DNA of 64,000 nucleotides from Bugula neritina. Taxonomy: Eukaryota > Animalia > Bryozoa. A model generated the notes under the pieces. It saw nothing but the letters and a program-made list of their open reading frames with translations, made no database searches and was not told the origin of the DNA. The DNA lies in NCBI GenBank assembly GCA_964035545.1, contig OZ037767.1:14183801-14247800 (forward strand). Reading direction: 5' to 3'. The translations under genes and the position numbers were made by a program. This document shows, in pieces, positions 1 to 12,622 of this stretch; position 1 is the first letter of the stretch, and every line of letters starts with the position of its first letter.

Positions 1-2266
1 TGATATAATATGCAATGAATTTTCAGCTATATATAATAAATACTGTACTGTTGTGTTGTATTGATTACAAGGTCTTCATATGGTGACAATATGATATTAC
101 ACACTCATATTTAATATTTGTTATCTACAAATATATTTCTATTTTCAGCATTTAATGACACAAAGGGGTGTTATAGCTCTATAATCTTTTTCCTAAATAT
201 ATAACATTGCAGAGCTACTGAGGGTTTCTTTAAGTAACTGATATTTCAAACGCAACAAGTTTCAGATTGTAATGTATATAAAATATACATTAACTCAACT
301 CTGTAAACCTATTCACTATAAAGTCTGGCTTGTTTACAGGTACATGCAGGCTTCTCCCTCCTTTTGAATGAGAATGAATGCTGAAAGCTATTTGCTGTTC
401 AGAACTATAGCAGCTTATATATAAACCTGATTTACATAGTAGGTCTTGACTCATCATAGTTTTATAATTAATTTAAACAACCAGAATAAAATATGCTGTT
501 CTCGCAGCTATTCTTTTTAAAACTTTCCAATTAAATTAAAATCAAAAATATATAATTAATCTACGAGGCACTTTGTTAGAAAATAGTTTAATATCATGTA
601 CATAATAGTATAATATAGTAACATATAATATCTGTTTTCATATCTTCAGAATAACTTATAGAATATATATAGCTGTAAGATAACTGAAATAATATTGTTA
701 CTGCATTTATATTGATTTGAGTTTATAGCTCATTTACACAAAGCTTCCTATGAACCACAGTACCCTCTGCATGTCCTACATTCACCATTGTTTCAGTTTT
801 TCATAGAGCTCAATGCTCATTTACTTAGGTCTGGCCATCAATGAAGTTAGATTGTTTGAAGTTGGAAGTTCATTATAGATTTTAGTGGACTCGAAGTTTC
901 TCTCTACTTAGTGAAGTAAATATAACAATCCAGCCGCAGTTCAACTTTTCTTGACGGCATTTATGTTAGAAGCCTCCTTCTAGCTTTTAGTTAAAAATTG
1001 GATAAGCTTTGCTAGGGGTCACCATAATTTCTGTTTACATAAAAAAAAGGTAGGCAGTACCAAATTTTAGCTATTGATTTTGTTAAGTATTAGTTGTAAT
1101 CACATAAAATTTCAATATTTTTATGATTTATTAAAATAAATGAATAATTATGCTGTAGAACTGTTGTACCAAGTGCAATAGAGTTATAACCATCATATAT
1201 CAATTCATTTTATATTATTTTTTACTCTCAATGTATAAGTTATTATATTAATTTATGGTTGCACATACTACATTATAAGGGTGGTTTACTTGCCGTGGGT
1301 GTAGCATGTAATTGTACATAATACAAAGCAAATACAAAACTGAATCAAACTGCATGGTTGATATGCCTAACAATTTAGATAAATAATATATTTGCATATT
1401 TAGTGTTACACTATTAGATGAATTACATGTTGTCTCATTGTTGTAAGTCTAATAGGTGCCTCATATATATTTGCATTTCTTCATCTACTCTTATGGAATG
1501 ATGTATACTGATTTAATATTTATACAGCTTGTAATAATGACACTCCAATATCATCCACACATTCATTGACTCTGGAGTTACGACATAGAGCACTACTAGT
1601 GTTTATACTGTACCTAAAGGTAATCATTCACTAGCAGTAAGTACTAAGCCTTGCTATTTTATCTAATTTTGTGGGAGAGTGATCTACTGTCCTACTTTAT
1701 AAAACTGAAATAGCTTGAGGCCTATTAGCATTTTATCTTAGATTATTGTTGATTTTTTATGGGCCGGTATACACACAAATTATTGCAAGCTTCGACTCCT
1801 ATATAGTGCCTGATTGAAGACAGAGATTAAAATTGTGAATGAATTTTTTTTTCAATTCAATTAAAATAGTTTATTTGAAACCGATTTAATTTATCTTTGC
1901 AATAATGAACAACATTTAAATAAATATATATAATATACTGGTGATCATTTAAAAGATCGTGCATGGGCAGACAAATTTAGATCTAGTAGTCTAAGCAACA
2001 AGCTCTCTGCTTTGTTAAAAACAAATTTTCAACTTAATCCAAGCCTATGCAAAATATACTGGTCATTGGTTCATCTAAATTGAATGAAAATCCGTATTTA
2101 TTCTATTTTCAGGCTATTAGCATTTGTGAAGTTTTTTTTTAATCTGATTAAGGGATGATTTTAAAATTAAATGCATATCACAGAGGTCAGCCTTATCAAA
2201 GTCATTTTATGGAACCAATCATAAGTTTGCTGCAACTTGTTTTCATATGCTAGCTATTATAGTAAT

Positions 2267-2463
2267 GCAGTGGTCTAGGGGCTAGATAATCTGCTTAGTT
2301 AACATGAATACATGGGTTCGAACCCCAGTAAAGGCAATTGGTGATGTTAGGAAGAGCATCCGGCCATAATTGTTCCTGTGCCACGTATAAATAAGTACTT
2401 AGCCCGACTTAAAAAGATCTTTCTATCAGGAGTTCTCACAGAGATAGTGACTATAAACTTGCG
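2267..2463 (+). mobile_element. SINE family A (tRNA-Thr-derived), copy 1
   Basis: A box TGGTCTAGGGG, B box GGTTCGAACCC, body GGTGATGTTAGGAAGAGCATCCGG, tail GTGACTATAAACTTGCG; matches six other copies here. Confidence 0.8.
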
Positions 2464-2738
2464 CTAGTTAAATAATGAAATTGTGTTAACAAATTGTGTG
2501 TGTCTGAAATTATAAACTTTATATTAAGAAATATTTTGTCACAATAAGAAAGTAGTATTTGGTTCAACAGAGAGAAGAAGGAATGAGCAGCTGAAGAGAC
2601 GGTAATAAGCCAGTAAGAAGCTAGTCAGTGTTGACATCAAGATTGCTGACAAACATTGGTAAACAGAGAAAGACTAAACAAAGAGATTCAAGCAGCATAC
2701 AACGAACAGACAAGAAGAGAAGTCAAATCCTACTCATC

Positions 2739-5700
2739 ATGCTAGCAAAAGATGGATACTCTGCATTTAAGATTCTCCTCCTACTCTTCATGACATTTGG
2801 AGTGCTGCAACTAGCAGTATTACTTTCAGTAACCCTCAATTCTTATGTGCAAATGAACAGCGGGTGGGGGTGTGAATGTCAAAATGATCTGAGACTAATA
2901 AACCAGAAACAGAATGAAATGGAATTAGGTAATCAGAATCTGTAAGTATATATTCTGGGACACCCAGATTATTTTAAAGTGTAGGGTTACTGCGTATAGA
3001 TCTGGTAAAAGTGTGTAGATACAATGTAAGTCTGTAGATCTATGTAGTGTGAGTGTGTAGATGTAGTCTTGGTGTGCAGATGTAGTGTGAGTGTGTAGAT
3101 GTAATGTAATTCTGTAGATGTAGTGTGTAGTGTTGAGTTAACCCAGCAGCCCCTGTGGTGTTATTGACTAGTGTGCCTGCTTGCATGCTGAAGGTCTGTG
3201 GTTCGAATCCCGGTGGGGGTAATTATTTTTTATAGTGTAAGTGTGTAGATGTAGTGTAAGTGTGTAGATGTAGGTAAGTGTGTACATATTAGAGAGAAAA
3301 CATGCTGCAAATTTAATATAAAAAGGTGATGATATAAACATAAACTGAAAAAAAAACATTAAACTAGCTGTTATTAAACTTTTAAGCAACTTTAATAGTT
3401 ACTCCCTCAACAAGCTATATTGAGCATTAATAGCAGTTTCTGTTGAATAACTCATGGTGGCAGCGTTTACTATGGACATTGACGATGGACCTATAATTTT
3501 CAGACTCCCGAACATGTATTTTATGTCATTTCTCTTTTAGCAGCAGAAACTGGAGTCAAAGTAGTGATGATGAAGTAACCAAAAGCTCTCTGGAAGATGA
3601 GGATTTAGATTTTTATGATGTCTATAATGAAGGTGCTATAGAAACCCAAGATATCTCAAACAGAGGCAAATGTAAGCACACTGCTGTACAAAGGGCACAG
3701 TATTGCTAGTAATAGTAATACTAGTAAAAGTAGTACTAGTAAAAGTAGTGCTAGTAGCCTATATTAGTAGTGCTAGTAATAGTAATACTAGTAACTAGAT
3801 ACTCTAGTAATGGTGATGCTAGTAATGGTAATGCTAAATTGTATGCAACAATAATAATATTATTGTTTAATAATATTATTAACATATTATTATGTTAATG
3901 CAAATGTGAATTAATTTTACAAACACTGCAATTTTTAAAAGCACGTTATTTTCCACTCTTCAACCAATTTTATAGGCTAATTGGTTTATACTTAGAAGTA
4001 GTTGCTTTAGGTATAGAAGTAGGAGCTTACGCAAGTTTTATTACAATAACTATTACTCTAAAAAACATTTACTTGGTACTTTTTTGTCTAAATTAAATCA
4101 TATAAATTTATAATTCCTATAAATTCTGTTTTTCTTAGATAATGAAGTTCCCATGTACACATCCATGAGACTGAACCCTGCAATTAATGATACAAGAGTT
4201 AGATGTAACAAGGGGGATAACTCTAATATATTTCTAATATATGTGTATTCAGCACCTGGCAACTTTGAAGAACGTCTTTTAATAAGAAATACATGGGGTT
4301 CGGTAAGTCTTTAGAAGTCTTATTTCATGCAGATAAAGGTGTGAAAGTACCGAACCAATATGACTATATTATAGGCCTACTTGAATGATGTAGTATCCGG
4401 TATTATTTTATGGATTAAACATATTATTCCATGTATTATATCATGCTATATATTGTATATTATCTGGTATATTATAGTTTCTGTTCATAAATATAATCTT
4501 TAAGGAAAAAATTGGTTTGTGTCGGATAAAAATTAACTTAGTCTATACGAGCTTCCTGAATTGAATTGTGTTTTTTGTTTCATAGGTGAAACATTACGAT
4601 GGCATAGAGTTCAGGACAGTTTTCTTCATTGGTAAGTTAGCTAAAGGGAGCACTAATAAAGAGTTTATTAGGATAAAAAGAGAGAGTGGAGAATACGGAG
4701 ACTTGGTGCAAGACCTTAGTTACGTTGACTTGTATAGAAATTTGACCTTGAAAGGAATTAGTGCCCTGCATTGGATAGAGAAATACTGCCCTTCATCCTA
4801 CAGGGTCCAGAAGGTGAGGGGATTACTCCTAAATGTAGCATTTTTATAATATTAGCTTTAGAAGAAAAATGAGATCTTTATTTGGAAAATCACATGAAAT
4901 AAAGATCTTTTATGTGCTGGAGAAATAATTCCACAATTTTATAAGAAAAATAATAATATCCTATGAATGTAAATTAGATGTTTCATAAGTGATTATAAGA
5001 TCTCATATGGCTGCATTATGCAAAGCTATATGAGTTCAAAATGCCTTTTTGAACATCTTTTTCAACTAAATGTACTATATTTTTTAGTGTTGAAATAGTA
5101 TCTGGTTAATCAACGTTGAAACTTAGTAAACATATAACAACAATTTAAACAAGCTTTTAAAAACATTCATTTTTATATAATATACAAAAGTATATGTGCA
5201 TATTATAATGTTGGGCCTAAATTAAGGTGGAAGTTGGAACTCTGTTCCTGCAGTTTATGCTTTTATGTCACAGCTATGTGAAGGCCAACAAACAAGCTTA
5301 CTGAATTAGCCTTGTTTCTTGGCAAAGATTTAATATTTATGCATAGCTACCTAACAATTTGCTGTTATGTTAATGAACTAAAAATTCAGTCAACACTGGA
5401 ATACAATTAGCTGTTGCTGATGATAACTAAACAATGCTTTCATCACCCCATCAATCAGTGTGAGGAAAGTTGGAATAAAAAAATTAAAACTTACAAAAGC
5501 CCATTTAGTTACCATTAGTTTTTAAAGCACATTTTATTCATGTAGAATGTGGTGCTGAAATTCAACAGGTTTTGAGTGAATAGGTATTTTGCATCTAACT
5601 TCAACCTTTGTTTCATAATTAACACAAGTCCATTCGTTACCACCATTTTGGTTTTCATTCATCTCAAATTGTTGGTCATTATTAGCTAGTGCAATATGTG

Positions 5701-8700
5701 AATTAAAATAGTTATTTTAATGGTTTTGGTGATTTTTCTCACACCCTAGGTTTATAACGATAGCACTTAATACAATAAAAAAAATGAGCTTCGCCCGAAC
5801 AGGGACTCGAACCCTGGACCCTCAGATTAAAAGTCTGATGCTCTACCGACTGAGCTATCCGGGCTCTCATATTAACGCGCCGTTTTCAAATCATGCGATC
5901 AACATTCAAAACGAACAATAAAAGTTGACCAATGTAAATACAAAGATACTGCCCGGGTACCATCGCAAAAACATTTACGCGTCCTTTACATTGAAAGAGA
6001 TCTTATTTTAATCTAGTAGCGGTAGCCCTAATTTTTGTTTTGCATATACTTTAGGTTGATGATGACACAGTCCTCAACCCGCACCAGATTGTCAGATTTC
6101 TAAAGCAACAAAGTAAAAGGGTTTCTTTAAGCTTTGTGTGTAAAACCACTTTAGACAGCAAAACCAACAGGGATCCAGCAAATAAATACTACGTATCTAA
6201 AAAGCAATACCATCTCCCACGTTACCCAGAGTATTGCCAAGGTAAGTTATGGACCCTAAGGCTTTAAGGTTATTGTTTTAGCCATCTACTCTTGTTTTGA
6301 AATAAAGCACCTAAAAAACCCAGCTAACTGTCATACATTCATTTTACTATTCTACTATTAGAAATTTCCTTTAAATTATTACTTCTTAATTGAGATCAAG
6401 TAATAGAAATATAATTTATGGATCTAAATTGTATTTGATTTTCAAGTGGGCAATGCACATAAATTGCTGTCAAATCTATAATTGCCTAATTGATAGTTTC
6501 ACTAATTTTCATAATTTCCATTTTGTTGCATCACAGAAATAATAATATTTCATAAACATATTTACTTCTGAATGAATACCATATTTTTCATCAAAGTTTT
6601 CTGCTATTTTACGCAGCTTTCATTCACCAAATTTAAAAGTGTGACCACAAAAAATTAATTTCAATGAAAATTTTTAGTTAAAATAAGTTTCACCATAAGT
6701 TTTTCAAGCACTTTTGCTCTCCTGCACTGTAGACTCGATTTTTGTACAATGTAAAACAATATTATGTAACTTGATTAACTTTTTTAATGCCTATAGAGGC
6801 TTTTCACAAGCCCTCTGGGGACATTTGTATTTTGAAGTTGTCTCCTCCCAGAAGGGCGAAGTGTAGTCTCCATGATATATAGAACAAGCACATAAAATCA
6901 GTAGAAATTTAAGGTTTGTGGGAAGACTATTGCTAGTATCAGTTTTATTTTTTCTGAGATTAATATTTTAGCATAAGCACACAGGTTAGCAGTTCCAGAA
7001 AAATTTAAAAAATTTTCTTTCTTCAAAAATCTTGAGAAAAATTAACTTCAAAGCATGTTTGTGGTTTTGGTTACTGCATGAGCAAGTTGAATTGGCAACT
7101 ATGAGATAAGTCCCATTAATCATTTGTTATGCTGGCTGTCATATTCAATTTATAGCTGTTGACCTTTCAACTCTTTGGTCAGAATGTGCTGTTAACACAG
7201 TGTTAGAGCACTGCTACTCTGCTAGTGCACTGAATGAGACAGCAGATTAGCTGTGTTAGCATTTTCATTACACTTACACACTTATGCTATGAGAATAGCT
7301 AGACTATAACCTCAACATCCATCATTTTCACAAAAAGCATTTTCACAAAGCTATAGATATATATTAAATAGACAGATTAAATTTGTAGTATAGAACGAAT
7401 ATGAAATGTGCTTTGATACATGTCGGTTAATTTTCTAATACAGGTTAAATGCATCTATTGCAATTGTAACAATTGCGCTCAAATAAATATATATCTAGAT
7501 AATTTAATCAAAAACCGAGATAGCCTTTTAGCAGTTGGCATTCAGGCCCTTGTGTTACAGCTTTGTTATTTCTTAATTATGCCTGTGGCTTGTAGCATTT
7601 AGGAGCATGCAGTAGTGAAGAAATTGAGATAGCCTAAGTTCTTTAACTTTCTTTACAAATGTTGGTGTTGCGTATAACACAACTTTTTTGCTACATTTCT
7701 AATCTAGAAAAAAGGCTTTTCTCAATTTCTCCATTAGTACTGCATCTACCTCGTGTGTAGTAGTCATCTCCGTCAACTGCGGTAGATTCAAGATCCTAGT
7801 TAATGTATGGTAGGTTAAAATATAGTTATATAATAAAATGGATATACAATATAAAATAGGTAAACTAAGCTAATCACTACTGCACCTGAAAGCCCAAGTT
7901 TCCCAACTCATCAAATTGCAGCATAAACTGAATTCTCTGAAAATTACTTTAGAAGGAAATTCTGGTTGAAAAGTATTAAGCAGATTCTTACAAGTGAAGC
8001 AGTGAAAGCATGTTGATAAAATTGGGTTATTAACATTTTGCTTGGATTTTCAGTTAAACTGTTTAACGTTATAGCTCAACTTCTCATGCTTCAAATATCA
8101 TGAGCTAGTGTTATTGACACTCAACTGCAGTTATACAACTAGCTTGGCTGATGCCATGGGTCACAAAATGTTATAAAATATAAAGCCTTTCTTAAATTTG
8201 AGACTCATATTTGAATGACATAAAAGTTTAGAGGTTGGCTATAAGTCACGACAGCACCAATTAGAATATTACAGCTATTATCTTAAAATAGGCATGCGCG
8301 AGGATATGTAAGTTAAAATCAAGTATAACATTTCAATTAAATCTTTTAAATAAAACTATTAGACCTGTTGTAAAATATGCAATGAAGATATAGGGCAGAC
8401 AAAATATTTCAAAATGGATCGATACTGAATGAAAAGATGCCTGCCTAAATATAAAGTGTTTTTAATAAATTTTTGCATAAACTGAGCTTTGCTTTTCTTG
8501 GTAATATTTTTCTTTTAAAGAAGTTTTAGCCATAACATGAAACTATGTAAAGCATTTACGGTCCTTTGAACATAATGTAGCACAAACTCTTCAAAGTGTA
8601 ATTAAGTGCACATGCTATCACGCATCATTTTGATACTACAAATTTAATCTGTCTATTTAATATATATCTATAGCTTTGTGAAAATGCTTTTTGTGAAAAT

Positions 8701-10750
8701 GATGGATGTTGAGGTTATAGTCTAGCTATTCTCATAGCATAAGTGTGTAAGTGTAATGAAAATGCTAACACAGCTAATCTGCTGTCTCATTTAGTGCACT
8801 AGCAGAGTAGCAGTGGTCTAACACTGTGTTAACAGCACATTCTGACCAAAGAGTTGAAAGGTCAACAGCTATAAATTGAATATGACAGCCAGCATAACAA
8901 ATGATTAATGGGACTTATCTCATAGTTGCCAATTCAACTTGCTCATGCAGTAACCAAAACCACAAACATGCTTTGAAGTTAATTTTTCTCAAGATTTTTG
9001 AAGAAAGAAAATTTTAAAATTTTTCTGGAACTGCTAACCTGTGTGTTTATGCCAAAATATTAATCTCAGAAAAAATGAAACTTGTACTAGCAATAGTCTT
9101 CCCACAAACCTTACATTTCTACTGATTTTATGTGCTTGTTCTATATATCATGGAGACTACACTTCGCCCTTCTGGGAGGAGACAACTTCAAAATACAAAT
9201 GTCCCCAGAGGGCTTGTGAAAAGCCTCTATTCACTGAATACAAATGACCTATGCCGCACAGTTAGAGACGTACAGTGCATGTATATACCATATATAAACA
9301 AAGCAAAATGATTTGTTAAAACGTGAAGTAAAAAGCTATCTGAACCTAATACCATCATCACGTGTTGCACTCTTTATTCCAGGTTTCGGCTATTCATACC
9401 CTTCTTCAGCTGTACCAAAGATTCTTCAGCAACTCAAAGATTTCAGACCCATTCCAATGGAAGATGCCTTCTTCACTGGTATATATTGATTAATAAAATT
9501 TTATATTACGCAGTAATTTGATATCACTTAATATCACATATTTCAATGCAATATGTTTATAAATAATACTCCATAAGGAGTTAATATAACTTACGATGTA
9601 ATTTAATATAGTATATTTTAATATAATAAACAATATATTTATATTTATAACGCTCTATAATAATTCCATATCAATATAATATAATATTTATGTATATAAT
9701 ATACTCTGTAATCACCCCACATTGGATCATATATTTCAAAATTATATATTTCCATAGAGTATATAAATGTATATATAATAATACTTATTACGCTATAGTC
9801 ATATTACAAAATTTATTTGAAAACTTCATGTAGTTAGAAATTTTCATATATATCACAGTAATTCAATTTAGGCTCAAGTCACATGTATTCAGTCTATGTT
9901 TTTTATATAATATTATTTAGCTTAATGCTGATAAATTAATTATTTATTTTGTATTATATATGGCAGGCATAATAAGACAAAGCCTTAACCTGAAACTCTA
10001 CCCTTTGGACCATTCGCAATTCATCACATATATCAACCCTGAGGTGTTCCTACAGAAGATAATAGACAAGAAAGAGCTGATATATGTGGGGCATGTGCAC
10101 AATTCAAGGTAACCCTATGTTGTAGGCGATGACTTTTCTCTATATAGATTATAGAGTAACAAAGTTCCTTGTGTTAACTATTGTATTTTTGGACTCTTAT
10201 TGAAAGTAAATGAACAAGCTACCAAGCTACTTTAAACTAAGTACTGTAAACTACTTTAAACCATTTTTAAACTACTCTAAACTACTTTAAACTACTGTAA
10301 AATACTTTAAGCTTATCTAAACTACTTTAAACTACTCTAAACATACTTTAAGCTACTCTAAACTACTTTAAAGCTACTCTAAAAACTGACGAGTATAAAT
10401 TATAAACTTTGCTTATATTATACAGCTTTACAGAAAATATTACACATGCTATCGCAGCAGCGATTGTAGAATATAACTAGAAAGCAAGCATTAGATACAC
10501 AAAAAACTATAAGAGAAATTTTCAGGGTAAAACAAAAAAGTTATTGTAGCTAAAACAAAGTTCTAAATATAACATAGTATTAATAATATAGCAAATTAAT
10601 GTGGTGCAATATATTATTTCAACATTAATTAAAAGGTTATTTGTTATACTATTTACACTTTCTTGGTTATATTTCAGGTCAAAAGAAATATACTGGAAAA
10701 TAGTTGAGCAAAGAGAAAAACTTAAGATGAAAGATTTAAATTCAGATTGA
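2739..10750 (+). CDS. Beta-1,3-galactosyltransferase-like (CAZy GT31) type II membrane glycosyltransferase, 8 coding exons, ~407 aa
   Basis: Phase-consistent GT-AG exons 2739-2941, 3541-3671, 4139-4302, 4586-4813, 6055-6241, 9383-9478, 9967-10108, 10678-10750 (TGA). N-terminal TM helix (ILLLLFMTFGVLQLAVLL), acidic stem, GT31 motifs SAPGNFEER..IRNTWG, ESGEYGDLVQ..YVDLYRNLTLK, KVDDD (DxD), YPEYCQGFGY, EDAFFTG. Confidence 0.9.
3007..3275. repeat. ~19-bp degenerate tandem repeat (GTAGTGTGAGTGTGTAGAT) surrounding family B copy 1
   Basis: Direct inspection. Confidence 0.8.
3126..3232 (+). mobile_element. tRNA-like repeat family B, copy 1
   Basis: TGTAGTGTTG..AACCCAGCAGCCCCTGTGGTG..GCTTGCA..GGTTCGAATCCCGGTGGGGGTAATTATTTT; degenerate cloverleaf; matches 26098-26209 and 52260-52365. 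Confidence 0.7.
3704..3835. repeat. TAG-rich low-complexity repeat
   Basis: CTAGTAATAGTAATA-like ~15-bp units. Confidence 0.75.
5792..5864 (-). tRNA. tRNA-Lys(TTT), intact, in intron 4 of the GT31 gene on the opposite strand
   Basis: 73 nt GCCCGGATAGCTCAGTCGGTAGAGCATCAGACTTTTAATCTGAGGGTCCAGGGTTCGAGTCCCTGTTCGGGCG; canonical cloverleaf, A and B boxes, anticodon TTT, oligo-T Pol III terminator just downstream (A-run ~5777-5784 on +). Confidence 0.97.
6795..9228. mobile_element. Non-autonomous DNA transposon with ~600-bp terminal inverted repeats (ISL2EU/PIF-Harbinger-like, tentative)
   Basis: 6795-7391 is the reverse complement of 8633-9228 (about 10 differences by eye); termini AT|AGAGGCTTTTCAC...GTGAAAAGCCTCT|AT; 1.24-kb AT-rich spacer with no transposase ORF. 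Confidence 0.85.
10218..10382. repeat. 10-bp tandem repeat (AAACTACTTT)
   Basis: Direct inspection. Confidence 0.8.
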
Positions 10751-11411
10751 GTAAAGCAATCTAGAAACAACTTTTATAGAAACAAAAACTACTTTAATAA
10801 AAATACCAATATGCTAAAATAATTTAATAAGTGTAATTATTACACTTATTATCGTTATTTACATATTATTTCAACTAGATTATAAATGGTTTTTTGTACC
10901 AAATAAGCTCTATAATGCTTGAAAAAAATAAATAATTGTAAGTTGTATACTATCTAAGAATTATACAAACTACCTTGTGGTTTTGTAGCATTTGGTGCTG
11001 GGATATAATATTATTCTTATTATTGTAGTATTTTTGCCCCTTAAAAAATAAAAATCCTCAAGATATTATAACAATTATTATGCAACTGATTGTGGTATAT
11101 ATTAACTTTTATGGCTATAAATTTGGTTATAAGTGTTGAAGTAGAAGAATTATAATTAATTTATCACCTCAACTTACTGATCCAAAAAAGTATGAATAAA
11201 ATATTTTAGAAGCCCTCACTTTGTATATAAATGGTAGCTAATGCACGTTTATGAAAATATTAATACTATAACACTCCAAAACAGTATGATAGGAGCACTT
11301 CAACCATATTATTTTCAAATGTTTGAAATATTCAGGACAAACATGCCTGGCACATTAATATTTAAATTTATTTCAATTTCAAGTTTGCTTATAGCATCTT
11401 TGTCCCATAAT

Positions 11412-11522
11412 TCTAGCTACACTCCTTTTCATATAATTCTAGCTACACTCCTTTTCATATAACTCTAGCTACACTCCTTTTCATATAACTCTAGCTACAC
11501 TCCTTTTTATATAACTCTAGCT
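11412..11522. repeat. 26-bp tandem repeat, ~4 copies
   Basis: TCTAGCTACACTCCTTTTCATATAAY units. Confidence 0.9.
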
Positions 11523-11616
11523 GCACCCCTTGTTGCAGAACCCCTTGTCCGACAACGTAGTACAGTATGGGGAATCAACAGATAATATATAAACTACTCA
11601 ATCAACTGTTGACTAA

Positions 11617-11800
11617 AGAAACCCCTGATAGAAAGCGGTTTTTGTTAAAGTGGGCTAAGGACTTAAATTGAGATGAGGCACCATGAGCGATTATGTTCGA
11701 ATGCTCTTCCTAACATCATCAATGGCCTTTGTCTGGGCTCGAACCCAGCATGACTTCGTGTTTACTAGGCAAACACTCTAACCCCTAGACCTATGGCTGC
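11617..11800 (-). mobile_element. SINE family A, copy 2
   Basis: Reverse complement of family A head and body (GCTCTTCCTAACATCA, CCCCTAGACC on +). Confidence 0.8.
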
Positions 11801-12622
11801 TCTCTTAAGACTGAAGAAAAACCAGCTACTAATTCCTACACACTGAGATTAATAAAACTTATCAGGCTGAGAACTACCACCAGATCATGCATGAAATTGA
11901 AATCCTACAGTAAATGCTGGCACTGGCTGTACTCTGCCCTCAGTTTATGCCTGTTTCTCCCCAGAACTAATGCTTTAAAGTTCTCTCTGGCAGAGGTTCA
12001 CTTATCTATCTCACACCTACATCTGCATCTTGGTCATGTGACAAAGTCTCTAGACTAGAACATTTTTAGAGAGCTCTCACTGTAGCCAATCAGCTAGTAG
12101 CTAACACGGCTCTGACCAATGAGCTAATCTTCGTTGCCTTTCACTGGAAGTTTGAATTAATAATTTACAGTTTAATATCTTTTGTTTTTCTTTTGAAAAC
12201 TGTGTTCATTGACAGTGCTGTATCACTTTTTAAAATGTATTTATTTCTATACTGAGTCCCTACCTAGAAGTCTACATTTAATAAAATGCTAAAATAAGAA
12301 ATAACATGGTATTTGGAGTAACGCCCTCATTTTATTTCCAGTGTAACAATGCATTAAATTGATAAAATCTTTGCCTCAATAGTTGTATATAATAATGAAA
12401 ATAATGAAGATAATGTAAAACAATCCTTTGTTTAAATACACCATAAATGACAGCACATAACGTATATGCACAAGAATGCAAATTTAACAAGTTATAGAAT
12501 ACGATTAATGCCACTAGAAAACAATATTGCTACAATGGTGCTTCCCAAAGTGGTTAGTTCTATGTAGAGTATAATAGTTCAAACAGAGTACTGTATAAAC
12601 CGACAAGTGGTCCAAATAAGGA

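Noticed and set aside
1528-1619. AG/GT-bounded 92-bp segment with an open frame
   Set aside because: Could be a 5' UTR exon of the GT31 gene, but an in-frame stop at 2622-2624 prevents linking it to the CDS and nothing else supports it.
7392-8632. Transposase in the spacer of the long-TIR element
   Set aside because: No ORF over 60 aa and no DDE-like motif seen on either strand.
9041-9247. ORF similar to ORF 14504-14698, suggesting a small paralogous peptide family
   Set aside because: Similarity comes from homologous transposon arms, not coding constraint.
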